64,000 nucleotides of DNA from Verrucomicrobiia bacterium (GTDB lineage Bacteria; Desulfobacterota; Binatia; UBA9968): NCBI GenBank assembly GCA_035495775.1, contig DATJFG010000187.1, forward strand, positions 9,786-73,785, written 5' to 3'. Below the pieces are notes generated by a model, which saw nothing but the letters and a program-made list of their open reading frames with translations, did no database searches and was not told the origin of the DNA. Shown piece by piece: positions 29,727 through 38,131 of this stretch. The stretch's first letter is position 1; the number at the start of each line of letters is the position of its first letter. Position numbers and translations under genes: made by a program.

Positions 29727-30830
29727 ATGACAGACCTCGACAACCTCGCGCCGTTTTACGAGCGCTGGATCAGAGAACAGGGCGTGCCCGTGGTCGAAGG
29801 CTACGGCGTCGATGTCACCGACATTCCCGTCAGTGACTGGGCGCGCAAAGGCGGCCGCGGCGCGTTCGTGCAGCTCCGCGGCATGGAGGGCGCTACCGGC
29901 ATGGAGGTCGTCGAGATCCCGGCGCGGCAGGCGCTCGAGCCGGAGCGGCATCTCTATGAAAAAGTTTTTTATGTCATCAGCGGCTTGGGCTCGACCGAAG
30001 TCTGGCAGAAGGGGCAGCCGAAGCGCTTCTTCGAGTGGGGCGCAGGCAGCCTCTTCGCGACGCCCCTCAACGCATCATACCGCCTGATCAACGGCGGGAC
30101 GCAGCCGGCGCGCCTGGCCGCCGTCACGAATGCGCCGATGATCATGGACATGTTCCACAACAATGACTTCATCTTCAACTGCGACTATCAGTTCACCGAC
30201 CGGTACAACGGCGAGGAGAACTATTTCGAAGCCTCGAACAAGCGGTACGTGGTCGGCCGGGGTAATTATTGGGACACGAACTTCATCGCCGATGTGTCGA
30301 CCGCCGCAATCGACGCGCACGAGTACAAGGGCAAGGGCGGCAGCTTCACGGGCTTCGAGATCGCTGGAAATTCGCTCGTCGGGCATCTCGTCGAATGGCC
30401 GGTAGGCATGTACCACAAGGCGCACTACCACGGCTCAGGAGCGGTGCTGTTAATTTTGAGATCGGAAGGTTACACGATCATGTGGCCGAACGAGCTCGGC
30501 ATCCATCCCTACGCTTCAGGCCACGGTGATCAGGTCGTCCGCGTCGACTGGAAGCCCGGCACCGCATTCGGCCCGCCGAGCGGCTGGTTCCATCAGCATT
30601 TCAACCTCGGCACGGCGCCGGCCCGGCAGCTTGCGCTACGTTACGGCAGCAAACGGCACAAGATGGGGTTTTACGTCGCGGCGCAAAAGCGCGACGGCGG
30701 TGTTTTTATCAGCGTCAAGGAAGGCGGCACGCTGATCGAGTATGAGGATGAGGATCCCGAGATTCGGCGGATTTTCGAGGCGGAGATCAAAAAGCGCGGC
30801 ATCGCAAACGAGATGCCGGCGGTAAGATAA
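29727..30830 (+). CDS. Bicupin protein (gentisate dioxygenase-like fold)
   Basis: Two cupin motifs: PERHLYE...GSLFATPLN and YHKAHYH...WFHQHFN. Confidence 0.78.
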   Translation: MTDLDNLAPFYERWIREQGVPVVEGYGVDVTDIPVSDWARKGGRGAFVQLRGMEGATGMEVVEIPARQALEPERHLYEKVFYVISGLGSTEVWQKGQPKRFFEWGAGSLFATPLNASYRLINGGTQPARLAAVTNAPMIMDMFHNNDFIFNCDYQFTDRYNGEENYFEASNKRYVVGRGNYWDTNFIADVSTAAIDAHEYKGKGGSFTGFEIAGNSLVGHLVEWPVGMYHKAHYHGSGAVLLILRSEGYTIMWPNELGIHPYASGHGDQVVRVDWKPGTAFGPPSGWFHQHFNLGTAPARQLALRYGSKRHKMGFYVAAQKRDGGVFISVKEGGTLIEYEDEDPEIRRIFEAEIKKRGIANEMPAVR

Positions 30831-30871
30831 TAATAGAGCGGTTTCGCCGACGCACTGACGCGCTTGCCCGG

Positions 30872-31570
30872 CTATTCGCCGAGAGCGGCGCGACCGATTC
30901 CTTCCATCAACAAGCGAAAAGCGAGCAGCGCTTCGCGTGCGGCTGCGACCGCTTTCGTGGCCGATTCTTCCGTCACCGCCTGCTCCGAAATAATCTTGAG
31001 CCCCGTTTCGACGTGCTTCTCGTCCTCTTCCATGTGGATCGTGCGCGATCGCAGCTGCTGCTGATTCAATCCGAGGTGCCGCCAGGCGCGGACGTCGTTG
31101 ATGATGATGACGCCCGCCTCGGCGCGGAGCGCCGGGTGATTTATACACTCAAGGCCGGTCGTTGCGGCGAGCCCCTCGACCCAGGAACGCGAGCGGCAGA
31201 TGCTGTCGAGGGCATCGATCGCGACGGCGGTCGACGCCAGCGGGGAAGTCCTTTCGATCTGTTCACGCGTCAGCCCCAAGGCTTCGCCCTGCCGCAATAA
31301 CAAATCGTAATGCGATCCCTGTCCATCGGGTCCGAGCTCTTCCTCGTACATATTGGCGACGAGAAACTTCCGCGCTTCCGACACGGGACAATTGGATGCC
31401 ACGGCCGCGAGCCAGCACGGAAAATTACGCGTGAAATGAGAGAACTGGCTGACGAAAACGCGGCCGCCATCCTTCGTCAGGACGCCCGGTTGAACGCGGT
31501 TGAACGTCGAAGGCTCGAGATAAATCGCTTGTAAAACAATATCTTTGATCTCTTTTTCCAAGCTATTCAT
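30872..31570 (-). CDS. Heme-oxygenase-like diiron protein (CADD/PqqC-like iron-containing redox enzyme)
   Basis: NMYEEELG....SH, GLE and HMEEDEKH give the E/H/E/H/D/H ligand set of HDO proteins. Confidence 0.78.
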   Translation of the reverse strand: MNSLEKEIKDIVLQAIYLEPSTFNRVQPGVLTKDGGRVFVSQFSHFTRNFPCWLAAVASNCPVSEARKFLVANMYEEELGPDGQGSHYDLLLRQGEALGLTREQIERTSPLASTAVAIDALDSICRSRSWVEGLAATTGLECINHPALRAEAGVIIINDVRAWRHLGLNQQQLRSRTIHMEEDEKHVETGLKIISEQAVTEESATKAVAAAREALLAFRLLMEGIGRAALGE

Positions 31571-32510
31571 TGAAAATGCTGCGCGCTTCCTTATTAGCCA
31601 CCGCTGCGCGAGGTAGCTTCCTCATGCGCACGGTCAGCCAATTCCATTGATCGGGATAGCGGCCGATTAGCGCTTCGAGATAACCGACGATCCGGCGCGT
31701 GTTGCCGCTTACATCCTCATACACGCTTCCGCCCCTGATTAAAAGCAACTCGGGCTCGATGATGAGACGGAGTTTGCCATTATAATTCCGTACCAGATAC
31801 ATCGGCACGAGGGCTGCGCGGGTTCGGAGCGCGAGGCTCACCGGCCCGCGCGGCGTGTGAACGCGCTGGCCGAATAGGGAGGTCTCGACTTTGCCCTTTT
31901 TAAGGTTATCTCCGAGGATGAAGACGATCTCGCCCCTTTTCAGCGACCGAACGATGCGAAGAACCGCCGAACCTCGCGGGCGCGAAGAAATGACGTGCTG
32001 GTAGAAAAACGGAAGCTGACGTTCGATAATCGCGGTCAGGCGCTCGTCCGCCGGCATGCGGAAGAGCGTAGAGACGCGGAACCCCTCCATGCCGAGGCGG
32101 GTTCCTACCAGCACGAAGTTGCCGATGTGCGCGCCGAGAGCAATTACGCCCTTGCCTTTGGCGCACGCGGCTCTGAGATTCTCGAGGCCTTCGATGGTTA
32201 CCTTCCGGCGCGCGCGCTCCGGATCGGCGAGCTGGAGAAAACAATCGATCAGCGCGCGGGTGAAATTCTCCTGAACGCCGCGTGCAAGCCCGGCCTTCGT
32301 CGCGGCGGAATACGAGCGACCGAAGGCCGCAGTCAAGTTCTTCACGATTTGACGGCGCGGGATGATGACGCGCACGATCAGCCGAAGCGTCGGCGCTGCG
32401 ATGCGGCGGAAAACATCGGCCGGTAAAGAGCGAACAAGGAAATTGTAAACAAGAAACAGGACTTCGATCGCGCGATACGTGAGCCGATCGACGCTGCGGC
32501 CGCGCCTCAT
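31563..32510 (-). CDS. LpxL/PatA-like lysophospholipid acyltransferase (variant dyad)
   Basis: IEGLENL...GKGVIAL.AHIGNF, ILGD, LFG...TPRGP..LA, PDQWNWL..R. Confidence 0.82.
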   Translation of the reverse strand: MRRGRSVDRLTYRAIEVLFLVYNFLVRSLPADVFRRIAAPTLRLIVRVIIPRRQIVKNLTAAFGRSYSAATKAGLARGVQENFTRALIDCFLQLADPERARRKVTIEGLENLRAACAKGKGVIALGAHIGNFVLVGTRLGMEGFRVSTLFRMPADERLTAIIERQLPFFYQHVISSRPRGSAVLRIVRSLKRGEIVFILGDNLKKGKVETSLFGQRVHTPRGPVSLALRTRAALVPMYLVRNYNGKLRLIIEPELLLIRGGSVYEDVSGNTRRIVGYLEALIGRYPDQWNWLTVRMRKLPRAAVANKEARSIFNE

Positions 32511-32513
32511 TTC

Positions 32514-33674
32514 TTAGGCTTCATCGCGATAGGCGTGGCCGCGCCAATCACGGACGATCTTTTGAATCTCGGCCGACCAGGCCGATTGCAACGGATCGTC
32601 CTTCGGCCAGTCCCGCATGCAGGTTTCTCCGTCCCAATGAGAAATTGACGCTTCGGGCGGGCAGAAAACCGAACGCGCGGGAAAGCCGCGGCGGCGCGTG
32701 TCGGTGAGAATCTCCGCCGCCCTGGTGATGGAGAGAGCGATCGCGAGATCATCCAGTGCAACCGGCAGGATCGGCTTGTCGCGATGCGTGATGGCGGTGA
32801 CATGATAGACAGGACGCGGGGCGCGCGCGGCGGCGGTAAAACTGACGTCGCCGCCGAAGGGGCCTTCTTTCTGCCTTTCGTAAGGCGGAATGAATCCTTC
32901 GATCACGATCTCCGCGGTCGCCGGCACCTCGAGATCGACCGTCTCACACTTGACGAGCTCCAGCGGCGCTCTGCGGATCGCGCCGACGATCTCCGCCTCG
33001 TTCATATCGGGCGGCAGTCGTGTCGCGGCGACCCACGGCGTGACCGGCTCGGTGCCGATCGCGACGGCGAACTCCATCGAGCGGCCGCGCGCCTCATACT
33101 TCGCGTAGTATTGCTCGGCGAATTTTTGCTCCGGTAGCAGCAGCCCGCCCATCGTCTTCCTGCCATGGATCATCAAACGGTCGAGACCCCACCGGCGCGT
33201 ATCGGTATCGGGATCTTTGCCGATGTTCGCGTGCCACGTGCCGATATAAGGACCGCCGTCGTCGCGGTGGAACACCGGCGCTGGGATACTCTGAAGATCG
33301 ATGTCGGCGCCGAGCAGTATGTTCTCCTTGCAAGGTCCGCTTTTCACCAGCACAGGTCGGATCGGGTTTGCTATGCGGCAGAGATACTCCTCGACTATTT
33401 GCGCAGGGGTCGACTCCGGAGGCATATCCATCCCGACCGCGAAGCGAAGAAAGGGAGCATTTCTGCGCCGGCTCAAGCCGATCGGCGCGCCAAAAAGCCG
33501 CCATTCGGGAAAACCGCGAACGTTCGTAAAAAAGGGCGCCGGCGCGCGGAGTTCGTACGAGCGCCGCATGACGGCGGCGACCTCGAAAACCGGCTGCACC
33601 TCATCGTTGACCCTTTGTATTTCCCCCTCGTACGCGAGGCGAGCCAAATAATCACGCAAATCTGAAAAAGGCAT
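32514..33674 (-). CDS. Shortened, degenerate UbiD-family protein (Fdc1/HudA-like)
   Basis: DLRDYL, RRSYELRAPAPFF, DGGPYIGTW, VKCETVDLEVPATAEIVIEG; EGPFGG replaces EGPFGE; 386 aa versus 481 and about 530 aa for the other two paralogs. Confidence 0.8.
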   Translation of the reverse strand: MPFSDLRDYLARLAYEGEIQRVNDEVQPVFEVAAVMRRSYELRAPAPFFTNVRGFPEWRLFGAPIGLSRRRNAPFLRFAVGMDMPPESTPAQIVEEYLCRIANPIRPVLVKSGPCKENILLGADIDLQSIPAPVFHRDDGGPYIGTWHANIGKDPDTDTRRWGLDRLMIHGRKTMGGLLLPEQKFAEQYYAKYEARGRSMEFAVAIGTEPVTPWVAATRLPPDMNEAEIVGAIRRAPLELVKCETVDLEVPATAEIVIEGFIPPYERQKEGPFGGDVSFTAAARAPRPVYHVTAITHRDKPILPVALDDLAIALSITRAAEILTDTRRRGFPARSVFCPPEASISHWDGETCMRDWPKDDPLQSAWSAEIQKIVRDWRGHAYRDEA

Positions 33675-33699
33675 CGAACCTCCTTGGAGAATGCATGAT

Positions 33700-33733
33700 T
33701 TATATAATTACTTTTTGTATTGATAGTCAATAC
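33700..33733 (-). promoter_or_regulatory. AT-rich promoter with a palindromic operator overlapping the -35 box
   Basis: GTATTGA-tag-TCAATAC (33717-33733) contains TTGACT on the minus strand, followed by an AT-rich -10 region. Confidence 0.5.
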
Positions 33734-33790
33734 GTTAATTAATTTCGGCCATGAAAACGTAGGGGAATTTGAGCGGCCGTACTCCGGTCC

Positions 33791-35236
33791 CTACTTAAGG
33801 ATGTCTTTCCATTTCTCGCTGTATTTTCGCTTGAGCTCGGGCGAGAGGGCGTTGACCGGCGGGTAACGGTCTTTCCAGGCATAGGGACGGCAGGCATTTA
33901 GGATCGCACGGCTGTTGGTCGTGTCGCCGGCATCGCGCTTGTCGGGGGTGAGCGTCGGATCGAGCGAAGTGGACCAACAGTTGTCGATGACCGTGATCGC
34001 GGTTTTGGGATCGCACCGTGTGGAAACCGCCCACAGCACCTCGCCCATGTCGGTCGGATCTATATCCTCGTCAACCACCACGACGAAACGGCCGTGATAG
34101 TTTCCAGCGCGACATGCGAGCGCGGCCATCGCGGCCTGCTGCGCATGGCCATGGTAGCGCTGCTTGAGCGATACGACGATGAACGGTGCCCCGCCTCCCG
34201 GCGCCGAGCCGCCGACGAAAGACCAGACGCCGCGGATATCCGGCACGTCGGCCTTCTCCAAATAATTCCAGATGGCCGCCGCGCCGATGGGTATGCCGAA
34301 TGTGAGCGACGGCGGCTTGATCGGTGGCGCGCCGGCGATAATCGGGTCATTTCGATAATAGAGGGCTTTGACGCGGATCACCGGCTCTGTCCGTGCGCCA
34401 TGCGCATAGTATCCGGGCCATTCGCCGAACGGCCCCTCGACGCGGCTCTCCTCGGACGGCGGCGGCACCTCGCCTTCGATAGCGATTTCCGCCGCGGCGG
34501 GAATCGGCAAACCGGTTCGCTCGCCCTTAATGATGTCGACCGGCGCGCCGCGGAGCGCGCCCGCGTAGTCGAACTCCGAGACGCCGTAGGGCACCGATTG
34601 ACCGGCCGCGAGCCAGGTGAGCGGCTCCTGTCCGAAAGTGATCGCCACGGGGCACGATTTCCCCAGCGCCCAATATTTCTCGCGCATGATTCGCGCGTGG
34701 TGGCCGGGGGAAATGTAGAGGCCGAGGCGGTCGCGGTCATGCACCTGGACGCGGTAGATGCCGACGTTCACCCAAGGATCATCGGGATCGGTCGTGATGA
34801 CACAGCAGGCGGTGCCGAGATAGCGCCCGCCGTCGAGCTCATGCCAGCGCGGCGCGGGAAAAACAGTCATGTCGATGTTCGCACCGCTTTTCGTGTTCTC
34901 CAGCACCGGCCCCTCGGCGACGGTGCGCGGAGGAATCGGCTTTAAATTTTGCAGCGACTTTCGCCAGCGGAGCACCATCTCGGTCCTCGGCAAATCCGGC
35001 GGCATGCCCGAAGCGAGCGCGATGCGCCGCGGATGATTCACGAGATTCGATGCTACGCGGTACGACGGCGGGTGGCCGGGTATCTTGTCGAAGAGGAGAA
35101 GGGGATGGCTCTCGCGGTTGGCGAAGAGCTCAGTCAGCGCGCCGATCTCGAGATCCCAATCGGCGCCGTGGATATCTTCCACGTCGCCGAGCTTGCGCGC
35201 GGCATCGATAAATTCGCGGAGATCGTTGAACGGCAT
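33791..35236 (-). CDS. UbiD-family prFMN-dependent (de)carboxylase
   Basis: DGGRYLGT, NVGIYRVQ (conserved Arg), EGPFGEWPGYY, VVVDEDIDPTD, WAVSTRCDP. Confidence 0.9.
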   Translation of the reverse strand: MPFNDLREFIDAARKLGDVEDIHGADWDLEIGALTELFANRESHPLLLFDKIPGHPPSYRVASNLVNHPRRIALASGMPPDLPRTEMVLRWRKSLQNLKPIPPRTVAEGPVLENTKSGANIDMTVFPAPRWHELDGGRYLGTACCVITTDPDDPWVNVGIYRVQVHDRDRLGLYISPGHHARIMREKYWALGKSCPVAITFGQEPLTWLAAGQSVPYGVSEFDYAGALRGAPVDIIKGERTGLPIPAAAEIAIEGEVPPPSEESRVEGPFGEWPGYYAHGARTEPVIRVKALYYRNDPIIAGAPPIKPPSLTFGIPIGAAAIWNYLEKADVPDIRGVWSFVGGSAPGGGAPFIVVSLKQRYHGHAQQAAMAALACRAGNYHGRFVVVVDEDIDPTDMGEVLWAVSTRCDPKTAITVIDNCWSTSLDPTLTPDKRDAGDTTNSRAILNACRPYAWKDRYPPVNALSPELKRKYSEKWKDILK

Positions 35237-35255
35237 CGCGTTTTTCGACCAAAAA

Positions 35256-36047
35256 TTAAAAGTGCCCCGCTTCTTTGGCGTGCGTGTAAATACCGTCGTG
35301 GAACAGCGCGACGTAATCGGCGTTGGTGAGGCAGCAATATTGCGGTGACCAGCCGGGGCGCGTCCAGACGAGCCCGTCTTGCAGCAGGGTCTGGAAGATC
35401 AAGCGCGTCACTTGGCCGTGCGCCATGAGTCCTTCCTCGTGCTCCTCGAGGTCGGCCTCTTCATGCACCTGGAAGTAATGCAGGTCGGCGTCTTTGAATT
35501 TATATTTTTCGAGCAGCGCCCGGCGCCACTCACGCGCCCAGTGGCCGAACATCTCCTCGTTGAGCGAGCGCGCCCACCATTCGATCAAGGCGCCTTCATA
35601 GACCAGCCCGCGCGCGAATTCCGTCAGCGCACGGCATTCGGCGAAGACCTCACAATTGACCATCTCCTCGCGGGTCACGCCGAAGGTTTTACCCTGCTCG
35701 ATCAGGACTTGGATGTGGCCGGGGATTTTCGGATTCACGAGCTCGTCGCTGATCTTCCCGACGAACGGGCCGAGCAGCTCCGGGTGGCGGCTGAAAAATC
35801 CCATGTGGCGCTGATAAATGATCAGATGAAAATTGTTGATCTCGACCGGATAGCTATACCAGTGCGTCCAAAAAAGTTTGATTGTCTCGAGCGGCAGCCT
35901 CCCGGCGGTCAAATCGCGCATGAAATCACCCTGGAAGATTTTCTTCTGCCAGCGGGCGTACATTTTCTTGACGATGTCGTCGGTGAACGCCGTCGCTTCA
36001 TCGGCGCTCATCTTTCTGCCCCAGTCAAGGCCGCCGTTCGCGCTCAT
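35256..36047 (-). CDS. Heme-oxygenase-like diiron protein (TenA/PqqC-like fold)
   Basis: FMRDLTAGRLP N-terminus, DELVNPKIPGH, NEE, YFQVHEEAD...H putative metal ligands. Confidence 0.68.
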   Translation of the reverse strand: MSANGGLDWGRKMSADEATAFTDDIVKKMYARWQKKIFQGDFMRDLTAGRLPLETIKLFWTHWYSYPVEINNFHLIIYQRHMGFFSRHPELLGPFVGKISDELVNPKIPGHIQVLIEQGKTFGVTREEMVNCEVFAECRALTEFARGLVYEGALIEWWARSLNEEMFGHWAREWRRALLEKYKFKDADLHYFQVHEEADLEEHEEGLMAHGQVTRLIFQTLLQDGLVWTRPGWSPQYCCLTNADYVALFHDGIYTHAKEAGHF

Positions 36048-36063
36048 GCTTCGATCTTCGCCG

Positions 36064-36990
36064 TTATCCAAGCGGCAGCGACACACCGGTCTCAATCAGC
36101 CCTTGGCGCAACTCCTGGCGCTCCTTGTCGGTGAACGGCGCGCATTCCCAGCGCGGGAACCGCGGCACTGGCAGCCCGCGCATGCGCATGATCTCGCCGA
36201 AAACGACTCGGCCGTGCTCCGGCAGATAGCGCCCGACGACGTTCATGATCGCCGCGAGTTGATCGTGCGCTTTGTGCGCTTCCTCGAGCTTGCCGTGCTT
36301 CAAGCCGAGAAACATCTTGACACAGAGCTCGGGGAAGGGCGTCGACGGCGGATGGATCGCGCCGCGCACGCCGAGCGAGTAGGCGCCGTAGAGCGAGAAG
36401 ATCGAGCCGGGGAAGATGCCGACCGACTTCGGCAGCTTGAAGGCGTAGCCGAGCAATTGGTCGAAGGGGAGGAACGAAACTTTGATGCCCGCGAGCGGAT
36501 TGGGCGCGATCGCTTCGATCACCTTCAGCACCTTCGGCGGCGTGATATGGACGTGCGTCGTCTCGGTGTTGTCGTAGATGAACATCGGCGTGCCCGGCAC
36601 CGATTTGGCGATGGCTTTGTAATGAAGATAAACCTCAGCGTCGTTATGCGGATAATAGTAAGGAGGCACGACCGCGATCGCATCGACGCCGAGACCGACC
36701 GCGTGGCGCGCGAGGTCGATCGAAGAGTAAGTATTCGCCGTGCCTATGTGGAGCACGATCGGGACTTTCCCGGCAACGCGGCGCACGAGTCGCTCGGCGA
36801 CGCGCTTGCGCTCGTCGATCTCCATTACCATGCCTTGCCCGTGCGTACCGAGAGCGAAGAAGCCTTGGACACCCGCATTGACGTAAAAATCGGTCAGTGC
36901 GTCGGTTCCAGCTTCATCGACCGCGCCGTCTTCTTTGAAAGCCGTCGGCATTGGAATGAGAATGCCTTCGATCTGCCCATTGCTCGCCAT
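36064..36990 (-). CDS. DapA/NanA-family class I aldolase/lyase
   Basis: GILIPMPTAF, GTHGQG, VVPPYY, catalytic Tyr (IYDN) and Schiff-base Lys (GIKVS). Confidence 0.85.
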   Translation of the reverse strand: MASNGQIEGILIPMPTAFKEDGAVDEAGTDALTDFYVNAGVQGFFALGTHGQGMVMEIDERKRVAERLVRRVAGKVPIVLHIGTANTYSSIDLARHAVGLGVDAIAVVPPYYYPHNDAEVYLHYKAIAKSVPGTPMFIYDNTETTHVHITPPKVLKVIEAIAPNPLAGIKVSFLPFDQLLGYAFKLPKSVGIFPGSIFSLYGAYSLGVRGAIHPPSTPFPELCVKMFLGLKHGKLEEAHKAHDQLAAIMNVVGRYLPEHGRVVFGEIMRMRGLPVPRFPRWECAPFTDKERQELRQGLIETGVSLPLG

Positions 36991-37071
36991 AATTCACCTC
37001 CGAAAAACGGTCGGAAAGAATAAACTGCTTTCTCTATATGAACTCGCAGCGGCGCTTGTCAAGGTTGCGGG

Positions 37072-38013
37072 TTACTTCTTCGCTTGAATCTCTTTCATAA
37101 ATCGCCAGTCGAAGATCTTCGACTCGGGAATGTCGTCTTTGATCTTGAACTGCTCGCGGGCGATGCGGATTTCCGTATCGACGGTCTTTTTAGCGACCAA
37201 ACCATCCTCGTTCAGCGAGCGCAGCGCGTACTGGTAGATCTTCTCCACCGAGTCGCCGCTGATCTTCAGATAATCGCGCATGATCGCGAGCGTCTCTGGT
37301 TTATTCGGTCGCATGAAACGTACGCCCTTCAACGTTGCGCGGATCATGCGCGTGATCTGCTCGGGATTTTTCTGGATTTTATCCTGCGCCACGCCGAGAC
37401 CGCCGAGGCGGATATTGACGGCATCGCCGAGATAGAGCAAATCGACGAAACCCATTTGCTCGGTTTTTTGAATGTAGGCGAGATCGACCGGCGACGCGTC
37501 GGCGCTGCCGACCGCGAGTGCGCTGACGCGCTCGCTGGAGCCCCCGAGGGCCAGGAACGTGACATCTTTGTCGGCATTCATGCCCGCCTGGATCAACGCT
37601 TCGCGTACGGCGAGGTGCGGCACCGAATTCAAGCCGCTCACGGCGATGCGCTTGCCCTTCAAGTCGGCAAGAGTTTTTATGCCGGGCCGCGCGATCAACA
37701 TGTGCAGCGGCTTGTCGAGCCATCCCATCACGGTCTTGAGCGGCAACCCTTGAATGCTCGCACTGGAGACGATTCCGGAAACGGTCGAGTAATCGAGCTC
37801 GCCCGCGAGCAGCGCCGCGACCTGGATGCCGGTGCGGACAGCGATCTTCCGCACCTCCAGACCCTCTTCCTGGTAGAAGCCTTTGCGTTTGGCGATCTCC
37901 GTCGGCAGCTCGTAGAGGCCGACGGTGGAGATGCCGAGGGTGACAATTTCGCCGCGCGCCGTCACGCAGGTCACAGTTAAAAGAAGCAAGGCGGAAAAAG
38001 CGATCGTTTTCAT
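37072..38013 (-). CDS. ABC transporter substrate-binding protein (NMT1/THI5/SsuA-like)
   Basis: Signal peptide MKTIAFSALLLL; KGFYQEEGLEV, DLKGKRIAVS, KDVTFLALG. Confidence 0.85.
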   Translation of the reverse strand: MKTIAFSALLLLTVTCVTARGEIVTLGISTVGLYELPTEIAKRKGFYQEEGLEVRKIAVRTGIQVAALLAGELDYSTVSGIVSSASIQGLPLKTVMGWLDKPLHMLIARPGIKTLADLKGKRIAVSGLNSVPHLAVREALIQAGMNADKDVTFLALGGSSERVSALAVGSADASPVDLAYIQKTEQMGFVDLLYLGDAVNIRLGGLGVAQDKIQKNPEQITRMIRATLKGVRFMRPNKPETLAIMRDYLKISGDSVEKIYQYALRSLNEDGLVAKKTVDTEIRIAREQFKIKDDIPESKIFDWRFMKEIQAKK

Positions 38014-38040
38014 GCATTCTCCCGTCGAGAGACTCACAAG

Positions 38041-38106
38041 CTTCTAACCTCACGCGGTGCTTCTGTCAACGCGCTGCTTGACCGAAAAATCCCGCAGGTG
38101 TAGCGT
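38041..38106. promoter_or_regulatory. Back-to-back divergent sigma70-like promoters
   Basis: Plus strand: TTGACC (38078)-N17-TAGCGT (38101). Minus strand: TTGACA (38069-38064)-N17-TAGAAG. Confidence 0.5.
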
Positions 38107-38131
38107 CCTCAACGATAGAACGGAGGGAGTG

